From Guillardia theta CCMP2712 (lineage: Eukaryota > Protista > Cryptophyta): a DNA stretch of 35,237 bases. The notes below the pieces were generated by a model. That model searched no databases, was not told where the DNA came from, and worked only from the letters and a program-made list of their open reading frames with translations. Positions 20,801 through 28,807 of this stretch are shown piece after piece. The stretch is from positions 1 through 35,237 of the forward strand of contig NW_005434397.1 in NCBI RefSeq assembly GCF_000315625.1. The letters are read 5' to 3'. The position numbers and the translations under genes were made by a program. Numbering within the stretch: position 1 is the stretch's first letter; every line of letters starts with the position of its first letter.

Positions 20801-23800
20801 TACTTGCCAGCAGCGCATCCAACACACTCCACCCCGTTGGAACCGTAGTAACCAGGCAGGCAGACACAGTCGGTGAGGCGGGTAGAGTGAAGCGCCGACT
20901 GCGTGTTGGGCGGGCACGGCTTGCAGGCCACGCGCCCGTCGTCGTTGTAGTAGCCAGAGTTGCATGCCTGGCATCCCGACGGGTATCCCCCCTCGTATCC
21001 CGAGTTGCAAACACACTGCGAGCCATCCACCGACCCTGAGGGGCTGGCGGAATTACCAGGGCACTGGGTGCAGGCAAAGTCACCGATCCCACTCTTGAAG
21101 GTATTCGAGCTGCACTGCATGCAGATGCCAAGCATGGATGTATACCCTGGATTGCAGACACAGTCGGACGATGACGTGCTTCCCAGCGCACTGGTCTCTG
21201 TTCCTAGGCAGTCATAGCACTGCCCCGGACCCTCGTAGTCCTTGTACTTCCCCTCAGGGCAGGCCGTGCAATAACCCCCGACGCTGCCGTAGTAGCCCTT
21301 CAGGCATCGGCATGCGGCATAGGACTGCGAGTCTCTCGACGATGTCATGTTCTGGGGGCATTCGAGACAGAAGGCATTGGTGGGATTCAGGTAGAAACCC
21401 TCCCTGCACCCCTGGCACTGCCCGGATGCGTTGAGATACAGCCCGCCAACACACACGCAATCCTCTGAAGTCTCGGATGCAACCGTGGTGGTCACAGTGT
21501 CCGATGGGCATTTCGTACAGAGAACGTTGCCAACCGTGCTCTTGAAGTAATTGAAATCGCAAGGGGCACAGTAGCTGTCCTTGGGTGTATACCCGACATC
21601 GCAGGAGCAGGAAGACTTGGAGGTGCTGCTCGATGGGCCGACGGAGTGATCGCCGCAGCTGAAGCACTGCCCAGCCCCGTAGGCGCTCTTGAATGTGTTG
21701 TTGGTACAGGCGGTGCAGTCAAATCCGTTCACGCCGGTGTATCCCGGCATGCACTCACAGTCGTACCGGCTCTCGCTAGACGACGGTGAATAGGAATGCA
21801 CAGGGCACTGATCACATGTGGCGTTTCCAGTGACGTTCTTGTAGGTGCTCTCGGCACAGGCAGAACAGTTGCCCCCGTCCGGCCCCGTGTATCCCATGTT
21901 GCAGGCACAAGAGAGAGACGACGGGGAGCCCTCGATCCCGTTGGTGGTAGAGTGCAGCGGGCAGCCCAGGCAGAGGTTGGATTGCGAGAAGGGGCGGAAG
22001 CTGTCGGCGGCACAGGCAAGGCAGGACGAGCTCGACGCATCGCTGAATCCAGCCGGGCAGGTGCAGAACTCTGTCACGACACCATTCTGCACGGTGCGCC
22101 GGAAACCAACACAGGCATCGCAGGTCTTGGTGGCATTGTTGAAGTCATAGTTGGGTGGGCAAACCACACACTGCCAACCGAATTGCTCGTACCCATCCTG
22201 GCAGATGCAGTCATTGATGCTCGTGCTTGCAGGTCGGGAAGTTGCCTTGTCGAAGCATGCCAGACAGTTCCCGCTCCCAGTGAAATTCTTGTACTTGCCC
22301 TCGGGGCAGGCCTTGCAGATGCCATCGAGGTAGTACCCAACATCACACACACAATCGGTTGAGCTTACGGAGCCCTCCTGTATCGTGCTCGTTGTATCCC
22401 CACAGGGTGTGCAGGGCAAATCACCGGTGAAGTCCTTGAACTTTCCTACAGGGCACATGTTGCAAGTGCCAAGCTCGTTGCCATATCCCACATCGCAAAC
22501 ACAATCGGATATGGCATTGCTCTTGACGGGGGCGTAATACCCCAGCCCGCAAGGTTGGCAGGTGAGGTAGGTGATCTTGTAGGTGCTCTGGTTGCAAGGC
22601 TGGCAAGGGCCCCCGGGCTGCCCCACCATTCCGTCAACACACATGCAATCCAGCTCTGTCTTGGATCCGTAGTAGTAGGAAGTTGTGTCCGCGGGGCAGC
22701 TGGTGCAAGCCTGATTGCCATCACTGGGTTTGAACTTCCCCGGGCTGCAGGCCTGGCACTTGCCATCTGCGCTCCCCTCGAAGCCAGCCTCACAGAAGCA
22801 ATCAAAGGCGGACACGGAGGCAAAAGGCGAGCTTGCGCCGCCATAGCACTCTTTGCAGGCGGCAGATCCCTGCGAGTCCTTGTACTTCCCCTCTTGGCAG
22901 GCGACGCAATCCGAGCCGTCCGCCCCTGTGTATCCCAGCCGGCATTTGCAATCCGTCTTGGCAGAGCTGGCAATCGCGGAGGTAGACTTGGTTGGGCAGG
23001 GGAGGCAGACCCCGTTGCTCTCGTACTGGCCCGCAAGGCATGCGACACAGGTCTGCCCTATGCGGACGTATCCGGCATTACAGATGCAGTCCTCGATGCT
23101 GTTGCTGGCCGGGAGAGAGGCCGAATGCTCCGGGCAGGAGGCACAGGAGGTGCTCGTCAGCCTGTACTGGTTGCCCTTGCAGGGCGTGCATTCATGGCTT
23201 GCATTTACAATGTATCCCGCAAAGCACAGGCAGCTTTCGATGCTGTTGGATGCATAAGGGGAGCTGGAGAACATCGGGCAGTCGGTGCAGACCGTGGCGG
23301 AGGACTTGAACTTTGCAATGCCACACGCGGTGCATTGTGTCTCTCCGGTGCCGATGAACCCATCGTTGCAGACACACTGAGAGATGGCGGTGCTGGCAAC
23401 CGGGGAGTTGGAATCCTTGGGGCAGTCCTGGCAGGACGAGTCACCCGAGGCACGCAGATACTTCCCTGCCAGGCACATATTGCAGTCCAGCCCTGCACCA
23501 CCCGAGTATCCAGCGGGGCAGATGCAATCCGTGACCGAGGTTGCAAGGCCGACCGAGTAGCTGCCATTCCCGCAAGCCCTGCAAACCTGCCCTAACACGT
23601 TGGAAGTGGCAGAGAGGCCCGAATACAGGAAAAGATCAGAGGCCGTGTAGGCAGAGCCAAAGGTACTCGAGGTGCTGTCGGCCCACAGGAAATCCTTGAG
23701 CGGCAAGCCATCCGAGGTCTTTCCCGCCGCGAGCCATTGCCGATTGCTCCAAACCTCCACCTTCCCGGGTGTTACGGTGACGTGAATGATCATCTCCCAC

Positions 23801-26800
23801 TGCCCCCTAGGCAAAGAGGCCAACGGGACATCGGCGTAGGCGAGCCCGGGGTATGCATTCCCAGAGACGACACTCACGCTGCCGTCCCCCGCACGGACCC
23901 GAAAGACGGGGGAGGAAGACCAAACAACCCCTACCCAGAGCTGCTGCGATGTGGAGCCTATCTGCAATACCTGGAAGCCCGCGTTGATGCTAGCGGGGAT
24001 AGCCACCGTGAGGAGAACGACGGCATCCAGAGTCCGGATAGCGTACAGAAGCGAGGAGACGGAATCCCCCGACTTGAACCTGGCGATGCTGCTGACATCT
24101 CCGATTGCCATCAGAGCCTCCCCCGAATGATACGAGCCCGCGGGGCAGGCAGAGCAGCCGACCCCCTCCAGTCCCGAGTAGCCAGCGTTGCAATAGCAGG
24201 ATTCCGCATAGAGCATACCAGTCTTTGCCGTGGTCTGAAACAACGGGCAGGGAGTGCAGGCCTGGTCGCCAATTACCCCCTTGTACTTGCCATGAGGGCA
24301 CGCTACGCACGAGTCCTGCAGCCTGTAATGTCCCATCTTGCAGACACAATCCGATACGGACGTCGAGCCGCGGCTCACAGTCACAGAGTCCGGAGGGCAT
24401 GGCTTGCAGGCGGTGGAGAAGTTGACATCCTTGTAGGTGTTGAAGTCGCAGGGGGTGCAGACCGCCCCGTTGTTCCCCGTGTATCCCACGGGGCAGAAGC
24501 ACTTGAGCGAGTCCGGGTTGGCGGGGAGGGAAATGGAATTCGCCGGGCAATTGACACAGGGAGAGCTGCCCAGCGTGTTCTTGTAGGAACCGGCCTGGCA
24601 GGCAGTGCAATCTCCATTCTTTAGAGTAAAGCCGCGGAAGCAAATGCAGTCCTCGATCCTTGCGCTGCCCTGTATGCTGGTAGAGAACATCGGACACTTC
24701 TGGCAGATGCTCGCGTTGTACTGATCGTTGTAGTAGTTCTCATTGCAGAGCGCGCACAGTGCAGGGCCGACGGTGTAAAACCCTGGCATGCAAACACAGG
24801 ACTCCCTCGCGGTTGTGCCCTCCTGCCAGGTCGTGGTGGATAGCGGGCAGGCGGAGCACTGCGAATCACCCTTCTTGGCCTTCCAGGTTCCTACACGGCA
24901 TGGCTTGCAATAACCCTCCGCGTCCCTCGTGTACCCGGGAGCGCATACGCAGTGGAATCTTGTGACCGAGGCCAATGGTCCCTCGTTGCCTTCGGCGCAG
25001 GTTTCGCATGCCTGAGAACCAACGCTCTCCTTGTAGGTCCCCGGGAGGCAGGCGGTGCATCCAACAGCGGCATTCCCAGTGTAACCCCGGTTGCAAAGAC
25101 AGGCATCGGGGGAGGACGAGCTCGAGTTCGAGACAGAGTTGCTTGGGCAGGCATGGCAGTACGTGCTACCTGCCGTGGAGTAGAAGTTGCCCTGGCACTG
25201 CAAGCAGGAGGTCGAGGCATTCACAGGCGAATAGCTGCCACCGGGGCAGATCTCACAATCGAAACTCCCCGGATCTGCCTTGGCGAACCCCGCCCGGCAT
25301 GCAACACACGGAGAGCCCTGGAACCCCGGATTGCAGACGCAAAAATCGCCCTTGCCTGCGGTGATTCCATTCACGCAGTCCCAGCAGGATTCATCCCCGA
25401 TCCAATCCTTATACTTGCCATTCTCACATCTCAGGCAGTACCCCGAAATGGACGCAAAACCGGCATTGCACTTGCATGCAGCGTACGAGTGCTGCCCAGC
25501 GAGCAGCGTTGTAGAGTCCGCGGCGCAGGCAGTGCAAGACCCACTGCCGATGATACCCTTGTATTTACCCACCGGGCAAGCCGTGCAAGACGTCCCCTCT
25601 TGCCCAACACCGCAAGTCTGATAGGTTGGGTCACTTGTGCAGGAGGTGGCGCCTGCCGACGAGTACTTCCCCCAGGGACAACGCATACAGAGCGCCAGGC
25701 TGACGTTCAGATACTGCATCGCGGCGCACTTGCAATCGGTGAGTCTGACGCTCCCTGAGTCCGCGGTGGACCCATCGGGACAGGGCAGGCAGGCGGCCTC
25801 GGAGGAGTTCCTCGTTGGCTTGTACGAGTTGATCGGGCAGGGATTGCACACCCCGCTAGAGGTTGCATAGTGCCCTGTATCTGCGCCGTAGGCACAGCTG
25901 CAGGACGAAGAGTCGACCTGCGAGCCGAGCTTGTAATTCCCCGACGGGCAAGGTGTGCACTTGACAGACGCCCGCATTGTGAAGGAGGCCGGTTGCAACC
26001 CCCCCATCCACGAATCGATCCTGACACACCCGATAGACTTGTAGAATGAATCCTGATAGCCAAACCCAACGTCCGCCGGGGTAATCACCTTCTGCAGAGT
26101 GGAGCCGAGGCAGTCCGACCCCGTTGACGTTGAGACGGAGATGCTGTCCGAGCTGTCTAAACCGAGATCTACGTCAAAGACACTCAGAGTGAACATGTCC
26201 GTGTTCCAGCGCACAAGCACGGAGCACAACCCGTTGTCGAAGATGACGACAGATGATGCAACAGAGATGCCCCGGAGAGGACGCCTTGCGCACACCCCCT
26301 GGAACTCCACACTGACGTACGCCACCCCGTTCAGGCCGTGGATGGTGTTCGCCGGGCACCCACACCCCGCGGACCCTTGCAGAGCCACGAAACCATTCGG
26401 GCATGAACGACAGCTGATGCCGTCCTCGCTGTAGGTTCCGGGGAAGCAATCCCTACAGACCCGGTCCAGCCCGGAGTACTGAAGCCCGGTGCAGAAGCAG
26501 TCGCCCTCGCTCTGCGCATAGGAGACGCTGGTCTTGCCCAAAGGGCAGGCGATACAGGAGCCCGCGTAGGAGTATTGGCCGGCATTGCAGAGCGTGCAAA
26601 CGGTGCTCGATGCGGTGATCACTCCCGAGAACCCCGGCAGGCAGGAGCAAGCGTCGATACCAACGCTGCCAGCGACGCTGGTCGTGTTGGGAGGGCACGG
26701 GATGCAGTCGGGCACGCTTCCCACGGTAGTCCCCTTGTAGCTGCCGGCGGGACAATTCACACACACACCAGTGCTGACAAACACCGTCGTCCCAGTGCAG

Positions 26801-28695
26801 GAGAGATAGTCACATGCGGGCTTCCCGGTGACACAGGTGAGGCAGGCCGTATTGCCAAGGCCCTCGGAATACGTGCCACCGGCGCAGGCGGAACATGTTG
26901 TCCCAGTGCCGTAGAAGTTTGGCAGGCATTGGCAACTCGAGAGGGATCCGCGCGACGTCCCCGTGACGCCGGTCTTGGCCGGGCAGTTGGTGCAGACACT
27001 CGCGGACACTGCCGCTACGGCCGTCGAGTAAGTGTTGATCGGGCAGAGGACACAGTTGTCATTCGAGACCGTCGCCTTGTAGGTGCCGGCAACGCAAGCC
27101 GTGCACACAGTCCCCGTTCCGCTGTATCCCGCATTGCAAACGCAGCTCGCAGACGTCCGCAGCACCCCCGGCAGGGAGGCAGAGTTCGCAGAGCAAGAGG
27201 TGCAGGCCGAGGCCCCGAGGGAATTACTGAAGGTCCCGGTGCCGCATTCCGTGCAAGGCGCCGAGCCCGACGACCCGAAATAGCCAATTGCACACTTGCA
27301 TAGGGATAGCGAACCCGCCCCGTCCGCTGAGGTATTGGAATTGGAAGGGCAGGGGAGGCAATTAGAGGGGTCATCCGAGGCTGCAACTGTTGAATACTTA
27401 CCGACGTGGCAGAGGGAGCAGGAGGTCTGCGATGCGAGCTCCTTGTAGGAGCCGGCGGCACAGGCAACGCAGGCGGTGCCAGCGGCGTTGAGGACGTATC
27501 CAGCATTGCAGAGGCATTGCGCATCGCTTGTAGATCCTCTCTCAACCGTGTAAGCACCAGAGGGGCAGGATGTGCATGATGTGACGTATCCTGTGATTGC
27601 AGAGAATGTGCCAATGGGACAGGAGGTGATGCTTCCTCCTGTGCAGAAGTAGCCAGGGATGCATTGAAGGCATTGGAAGCCTGAGCTCACCGTCTGAAGG
27701 TATGTTCCCTCCTTGCACTTGCAATCAGCGAGCGTTTGCGATCCCTGCTTACCATTGCTCGAATCAACAGGACATGATCTGCATGCTGCTCCTCCCACCG
27801 TGTCGCTGTATGTATCCTGTGCGCAGACAGTGCAATCGAAAGCATTCGTTCCGCTTTGATAAAATCCTGGCTTACACGAGCATCCACTCTTGTCTGCGAT
27901 CCCAGAGACCATCAATGTGTTTGCAGGACAATCAACACATGTTGCGCTTGTTGTGCAATCAGACACGTATTGCGATGCACCGCAATTCTTGACAGTGCGC
28001 AGGTTTGCACAAGGATAGCACTGGCCAGCCTGGTTCCCACCGCATCCTACCGAGTACTGACCGGCAGAGCAGACTGCCGCGCATGAGAAGCAAGAATAAG
28101 TGTAGCTCACATAAGGAGCATCGGCAGGTATGTAATTGGTTGCATACTTGCAATCTGCACTCCGATAGTATTGACCAACAGGACAGGAGCAAGGAGTGCA
28201 TGTGCCATTGTTCCAGTTTCCACAGCCCAAAGGGAAGCTGTTGTCAGGACAACGATCCTTGCAAGGAAGGCAGCCCGATCCCTCCTTGATGCAATTGATG
28301 TAGGATCCAGCGGGACATGAAGTGGGACAAGGCGAAAAGCAGACAGTGTCCTTTGCCGACGTGCATGCTTGCGAAACGAACGAAGGGAACTGACAAGTGG
28401 AGCAAGGCAGGCAGGTGTCTGGCACAGCGCCCCCCGTCGAGGAAGCAGCGTAATATCCACTATTGCATTCACAGACCAACGCATTCACCCATTCAGAAGC
28501 CCAAACACTCCCTGTGCAATCTGTGTAAATGAATGTCTGATACTGTCTTTTCAGGAAGGAGTTAGCAATACAGCCCACTGCTGCCGAGGCAGAAAAGACC
28601 GTGACATAGCCATCTTGGTATTGAACCGGACAGGCAGCATGTGCCGTTGGGAGTAGAAGCAGTAAGATCAACACCCAACTCCACTCGCATTGCAT
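11851..28695 (-). CDS. Giant (5614 aa) secreted/surface Cys-rich repeat protein: signal peptide, TNFR-like and GCC2/GCC3 repeats, LamG-like insert, F-type-lectin-like domain, 5 cbEGF domains, non-repeat C-terminal region
   Basis: 16.8-kb uninterrupted ORF. Leader WSWVLILLLLLPTAHA. Recurrent CxxCxxGxYK...CxxCPxxS...CxCxxGY units. See sub-features. Confidence 0.95.
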   Translation of the reverse strand: MQCEWSWVLILLLLLPTAHAACPVQYQDGYVTVFSASAAVGCIANSFLKRQYQTFIYTDCTGSVWASEWVNALVCECNSGYYAASSTGGAVPDTCLPCSTCQFPSFVSQACTSAKDTVCFSPCPTSCPAGSYINCIKEGSGCLPCKDRCPDNSFPLGCGNWNNGTCTPCSCPVGQYYRSADCKYATNYIPADAPYVSYTYSCFSCAAVCSAGQYSVGCGGNQAGQCYPCANLRTVKNCGASQYVSDCTTSATCVDCPANTLMVSGIADKSGCSCKPGFYQSGTNAFDCTVCAQDTYSDTVGGAACRSCPVDSSNGKQGSQTLADCKCKEGTYLQTVSSGFQCLQCIPGYFCTGGSITSCPIGTFSAITGYVTSCTSCPSGAYTVERGSTSDAQCLCNAGYVLNAAGTACVACAAGSYKELASQTSCSLCHVGKYSTVAASDDPSNCLPCPSNSNTSADGAGSLSLCKCAIGYFGSSGSAPCTECGTGTFSNSLGASACTSCSANSASLPGVLRTSASCVCNAGYSGTGTVCTACVAGTYKATVSNDNCVLCPINTYSTAVAAVSASVCTNCPAKTGVTGTSRGSLSSCQCLPNFYGTGTTCSACAGGTYSEGLGNTACLTCVTGKPACDYLSCTGTTVFVSTGVCVNCPAGSYKGTTVGSVPDCIPCPPNTTSVAGSVGIDACSCLPGFSGVITASSTVCTLCNAGQYSYAGSCIACPLGKTSVSYAQSEGDCFCTGLQYSGLDRVCRDCFPGTYSEDGISCRSCPNGFVALQGSAGCGCPANTIHGLNGVAYVSVEFQGVCARRPLRGISVASSVVIFDNGLCSVLVRWNTDMFTLSVFDVDLGLDSSDSISVSTSTGSDCLGSTLQKVITPADVGFGYQDSFYKSIGCVRIDSWMGGLQPASFTMRASVKCTPCPSGNYKLGSQVDSSSCSCAYGADTGHYATSSGVCNPCPINSYKPTRNSSEAACLPCPDGSTADSGSVRLTDCKCAAMQYLNVSLALCMRCPWGKYSSAGATSCTSDPTYQTCGVGQEGTSCTACPVGKYKGIIGSGSCTACAADSTTLLAGQHSYAACKCNAGFASISGYCLRCENGKYKDWIGDESCWDCVNGITAGKGDFCVCNPGFQGSPCVACRAGFAKADPGSFDCEICPGGSYSPVNASTSCLQCQGNFYSTAGSTYCHACPSNSVSNSSSSSPDACLCNRGYTGNAAVGCTACLPGTYKESVGSQACETCAEGNEGPLASVTRFHCVCAPGYTRDAEGYCKPCRVGTWKAKKGDSQCSACPLSTTTWQEGTTARESCVCMPGFYTVGPALCALCNENYYNDQYNASICQKCPMFSTSIQGSARIEDCICFRGFTLKNGDCTACQAGSYKNTLGSSPCVNCPANSISLPANPDSLKCFCPVGYTGNNGAVCTPCDFNTYKDVNFSTACKPCPPDSVTVSRGSTSVSDCVCKMGHYRLQDSCVACPHGKYKGVIGDQACTPCPLFQTTAKTGMLYAESCYCNAGYSGLEGVGCSACPAGSYHSGEALMAIGDVSSIARFKSGDSVSSLLYAIRTLDAVVLLTVAIPASINAGFQVLQIGSTSQQLWVGVVWSSSPVFRVRAGDGSVSVVSGNAYPGLAYADVPLASLPRGQWEMIIHVTVTPGKVEVWSNRQWLAAGKTSDGLPLKDFLWADSTSSTFGSAYTASDLFLYSGLSATSNVLGQVCRACGNGSYSVGLATSVTDCICPAGYSGGAGLDCNMCLAGKYLRASGDSSCQDCPKDSNSPVASTAISQCVCNDGFIGTGETQCTACGIAKFKSSATVCTDCPMFSSSPYASNSIESCLCFAGYIVNASHECTPCKGNQYRLTSTSCASCPEHSASLPASNSIEDCICNAGYVRIGQTCVACLAGQYESNGVCLPCPTKSTSAIASSAKTDCKCRLGYTGADGSDCVACQEGKYKDSQGSAACKECYGGASSPFASVSAFDCFCEAGFEGSADGKCQACSPGKFKPSDGNQACTSCPADTTSYYYGSKTELDCMCVDGMVGQPGGPCQPCNQSTYKITYLTCQPCGLGYYAPVKSNAISDCVCDVGYGNELGTCNMCPVGKFKDFTGDLPCTPCGDTTSTIQEGSVSSTDCVCDVGYYLDGICKACPEGKYKNFTGSGNCLACFDKATSRPASTSINDCICQDGYEQFGWQCVVCPPNYDFNNATKTCDACVGFRRTVQNGVVTEFCTCPAGFSDASSSSCLACAADSFRPFSQSNLCLGCPLHSTTNGIEGSPSSLSCACNMGYTGPDGGNCSACAESTYKNVTGNATCDQCPVHSYSPSSSESRYDCECMPGYTGVNGFDCTACTNNTFKSAYGAGQCFSCGDHSVGPSSSTSKSSCSCDVGYTPKDSYCAPCDFNYFKSTVGNVLCTKCPSDTVTTTVASETSEDCVCVGGLYLNASGQCQGCREGFYLNPTNAFCLECPQNMTSSRDSQSYAACRCLKGYYGSVGGYCTACPEGKYKDYEGPGQCYDCLGTETSALGSTSSSDCVCNPGYTSMLGICMQCSSNTFKSGIGDFACTQCPGNSASPSGSVDGSQCVCNSGYEGGYPSGCQACNSGYYNDDGRVACKPCPPNTQSALHSTRLTDCVCLPGYYGSNGVECVGCAAGKYKALAGDSPCLDCPAFSNSSALSTARTACSCNPGSYGPAGGPCTSCQAGKFSSTQGSTVCTACATNADSPANSTQITDCTCNRGYVGSAGGPCTACGIGYYEEAGVCKSCPMPGITLQTASTLSSQCLCNAGYYGTTACLACSAGSYKTAVGIRDTTDLLQLPGTTVTMSSNPSNAGRAIDGSAATCATTSVELDPTFTATLPGPFLISELVITSGANTANVEVTVGNSTIIATNAICSSYNTLSGTSSVPCSATGSILTIQAVAAADSLSLCEVHAYGSCTTCPPHTVTLATASSSLSACVCDKGYTGSGGWSCNACISGKYKDTTGSAACSPCIANSENGEAEVSSGSCLCKPGFELRSGACTACNASAYKDFTGNGGCLLCPANTVSTGSRDDISLCVCKAGYSGVDGAACNACPAGSYKSGTGSGACQQCPENTYQPALAATALSSCSSCPLNSNSSAGSTVKSSCVCLPGFQPGGDYCQQCPAGKFKSTLLMEPCSECPENTFLPSTASTSVLQCQQCPGNAISPSASPVSDSCECIKGYRNDSRLFLCLACDIGTYKDSVSNTACSPCPIHGSTAAEGSVSFSQCSCNAGYQLSGSSCLDVNECTAYSSACMLNADCQNTEGSYTCTCRVGWQLSGSACVDIDECSLGSDSCDLATTTCRNTLGSFQCDCDAGYTVGPSVSSCVNIDECLNASSVCQNNSACFDTIGSFYCVCNPGFSTEPSGLCLNIDECLLDPAPCDPMATCTDTQGSFTCTCPVGYRLSSSNLCVDLNECLAVNNCSIDATCTNTIGSYECACNEGFRGPGTYCECAICVDCVAGSYCYNGSVYVCPPHSSSPTNAMTDYFCDCFAGYYATSFFPKVCEICPPDHYCNNQQMYDCPTGSFSVAGQGSKYGCMCKPGNYFVNDSVFCYECPYDFFCGGGYTEKQPCPNGTYSKMGISKVSECACKPGTYLLPNGECYPCPENYYCAGSLDPAVRCPDHTFAYNLSSSLINCICEVGYSGPRSENCSACIPGTYKPTRSMLQCSRCPANTYQPRYAQVSVESCLQCPEFSQSANGTGSIGGCLCIPGYYRVGDACVACPAGYYTSSYNRTYCQPCGNNQYSLIVASSSSSNCISCTANSTRLSLSQAVCECNAGFEPFYGASTFGCSSCALGRYKPSLGNVSCLSCPSNTFGSAVGSTACSSCPANSVSPGGSVALEDCLCIQGYERVYSGGAFTCKQCWPGTYKDGLTGPCLECPANTYLSGYGSVSVLNCSSCPLHAVSGNRSISIGNCSCTPGFHVGGAGYPFECIGCVPGSFSIGYNLTRCDLCPVATFSPVPLASDSKVCQACPQNSTSKDGSGSQYDCHCMQGFHGRNGTACQPCPVGTYKIPEGDFPCTFCSDGTYSTVLASPSPTVCTDCPEHSTSFQPSLAYVSSCVCVPGYTGGSGACSACPIGTYKATYGADYCSLCPNNTYSEAVAANASATCLDCRSNSISPAGTGNRMGCECVKGFAYVPVWDECKGCFPGTYKSEVSNRACVICPNSTYNPDHASQQLSDCRACRNFSFAPAGSISSANCSCLLAYADVAGTCVFCLPGYVARTSGCELCPAGSIGDDSRLNCIACQPGKFSSNRSTACYDCAVGSYQQLSNQTFCSACRAGSYSAAIGANSSVTCRNCSAGYHSPFAGSSVCQQCPGGYASTVGSAECVPCAPGTVSLPGSGVCDDCEAGRYQPEPAKTSCLTCGTGRYQDSLAGTSCIACDPGKFSDQTGAGTASACQNCSDGEFNPYHNASVCGVCLPGSASPAGSTFCRDCLPGFFAESYFYHCLPCGAGYYNTIERASACLGCGYGRYQPLLGQTFCDLCPPGTFSVANGSDSILSCENCSAGYYGWGYGLSTCGMCKGGFYSHPGATNCTRCSPGSVSGDGFGFCVTCPRQTYSDASQTTCLRCASGYYSYEGSTSCLQCDHGTFLNTTGYHCDVCPNNTYSDPLKVVCLNCPEGAVSNARSSDVMQCRCPDGFEVAFVGGVWVCRACLQGSYRHGDMLSCAPCAAGYYAPETNMSSCQACEPGYYQDATGGFFCIPCDYVTYQPTYAANSSASCLSCPNHSTAYTLANPSILDCQCLAGYGAVITGNDSLVCEPCKLGTSKADSFNTPCEACKAGEYAGELASLYCKTCTTGTFSINPGQSSCASCPIGKFSSDLTMILSGCYECPPGKTTLVTGSQSISACQCLAGHEPNGATCSACLPGYYKPGINNFACIACDAGTYQPSLGAASIGDCRPCPSGSNSPFASTDISNCICKAGYGYVRAVECAACPPGYSKPYLSNSPCSPCPVGYFQPSEASVGCLSCVTVGLYTSTNSSAADTWDRCQCIDSYGLIAKDAVALTKVCRLCPVLSFKKGLSDSPCLNCSASDSIAKTYRVSNYGCEINCDAGYILDTAFDSCEPAAGVVLPGIDDVSFRKVSVDHLHERVSGQILVQHDEVGSFPVLYAIRSPFQCDVCCMEYIRGLRWNPSLLPSSLLQVNSTCGSINCSCRTSDYVLYRIPDCQICNCDEWTKNLFEAALPFYYDSYSFMQLSGDPAEYMNFTLDLQALGDMPNCTAWGQTTLNCSFYIAVTFLKQDQVSDIRFETVFHRFSYSRSVSATVSVMQKWTSDSIDYLSMDVFSFPGTPVRALKLFFHGPTTMLLRGQALTFLLSLQASNVTGYLPVCPSLAAIPTCWLGSPWLQDSVILDKWSVGAHCEALFQWLAGSYAWIFLETPSVGFDAIRLSMLLSDESRRYTYTGVVTAGREGFTGACHDTLQAFDKRNLSASVREGLNGTWRDYSEGMELWSASDQQASLVLALHHPGITEIEIVMIHAVGSLVKDLLDNLVVQGRVFQTQDNSHWVFTDAFQQICFGDFPQNCITRTSTVGMLDILHLPDDEALCEAQASAWGVKNLLMPAQVGSTLCAGRDVQTTSYFLVSTAYPWPSAFRDWIESNGQVFSYVYVAVPSRQRAFWMEPGW
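18364..18990 (-). other. Five tandem calcium-binding EGF-like domains within the 5614-aa protein
   Basis: DVNEC, DIDEC, NIDEC, NIDEC and DLNEC, each with C..[N/D]T.GS[Y/F].C.C..G[Y/F/W]. Confidence 0.9.
19967..20330 (-). other. Degenerate F-type lectin (fucolectin/FTP)-like domain within the 5614-aa protein
   Basis: MSS...AGRAIDG...CATT...EVTVGNS...NAIC...LSLCEVHAYG matches the FTP fold signature. Canonical His and RxD fucose-binding residues are absent. Confidence 0.75.
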
Positions 28696-28807
28696 ATCCT
28701 CCCATACCTATTGCATGATACCTTATATGGTCACTCGTTGTCTCACACCCAAAAAAGACAAGAGTTTTCAAGCTGGTTTTTATTCAAGTTTGTTAACAAA
28801 GCATCTC

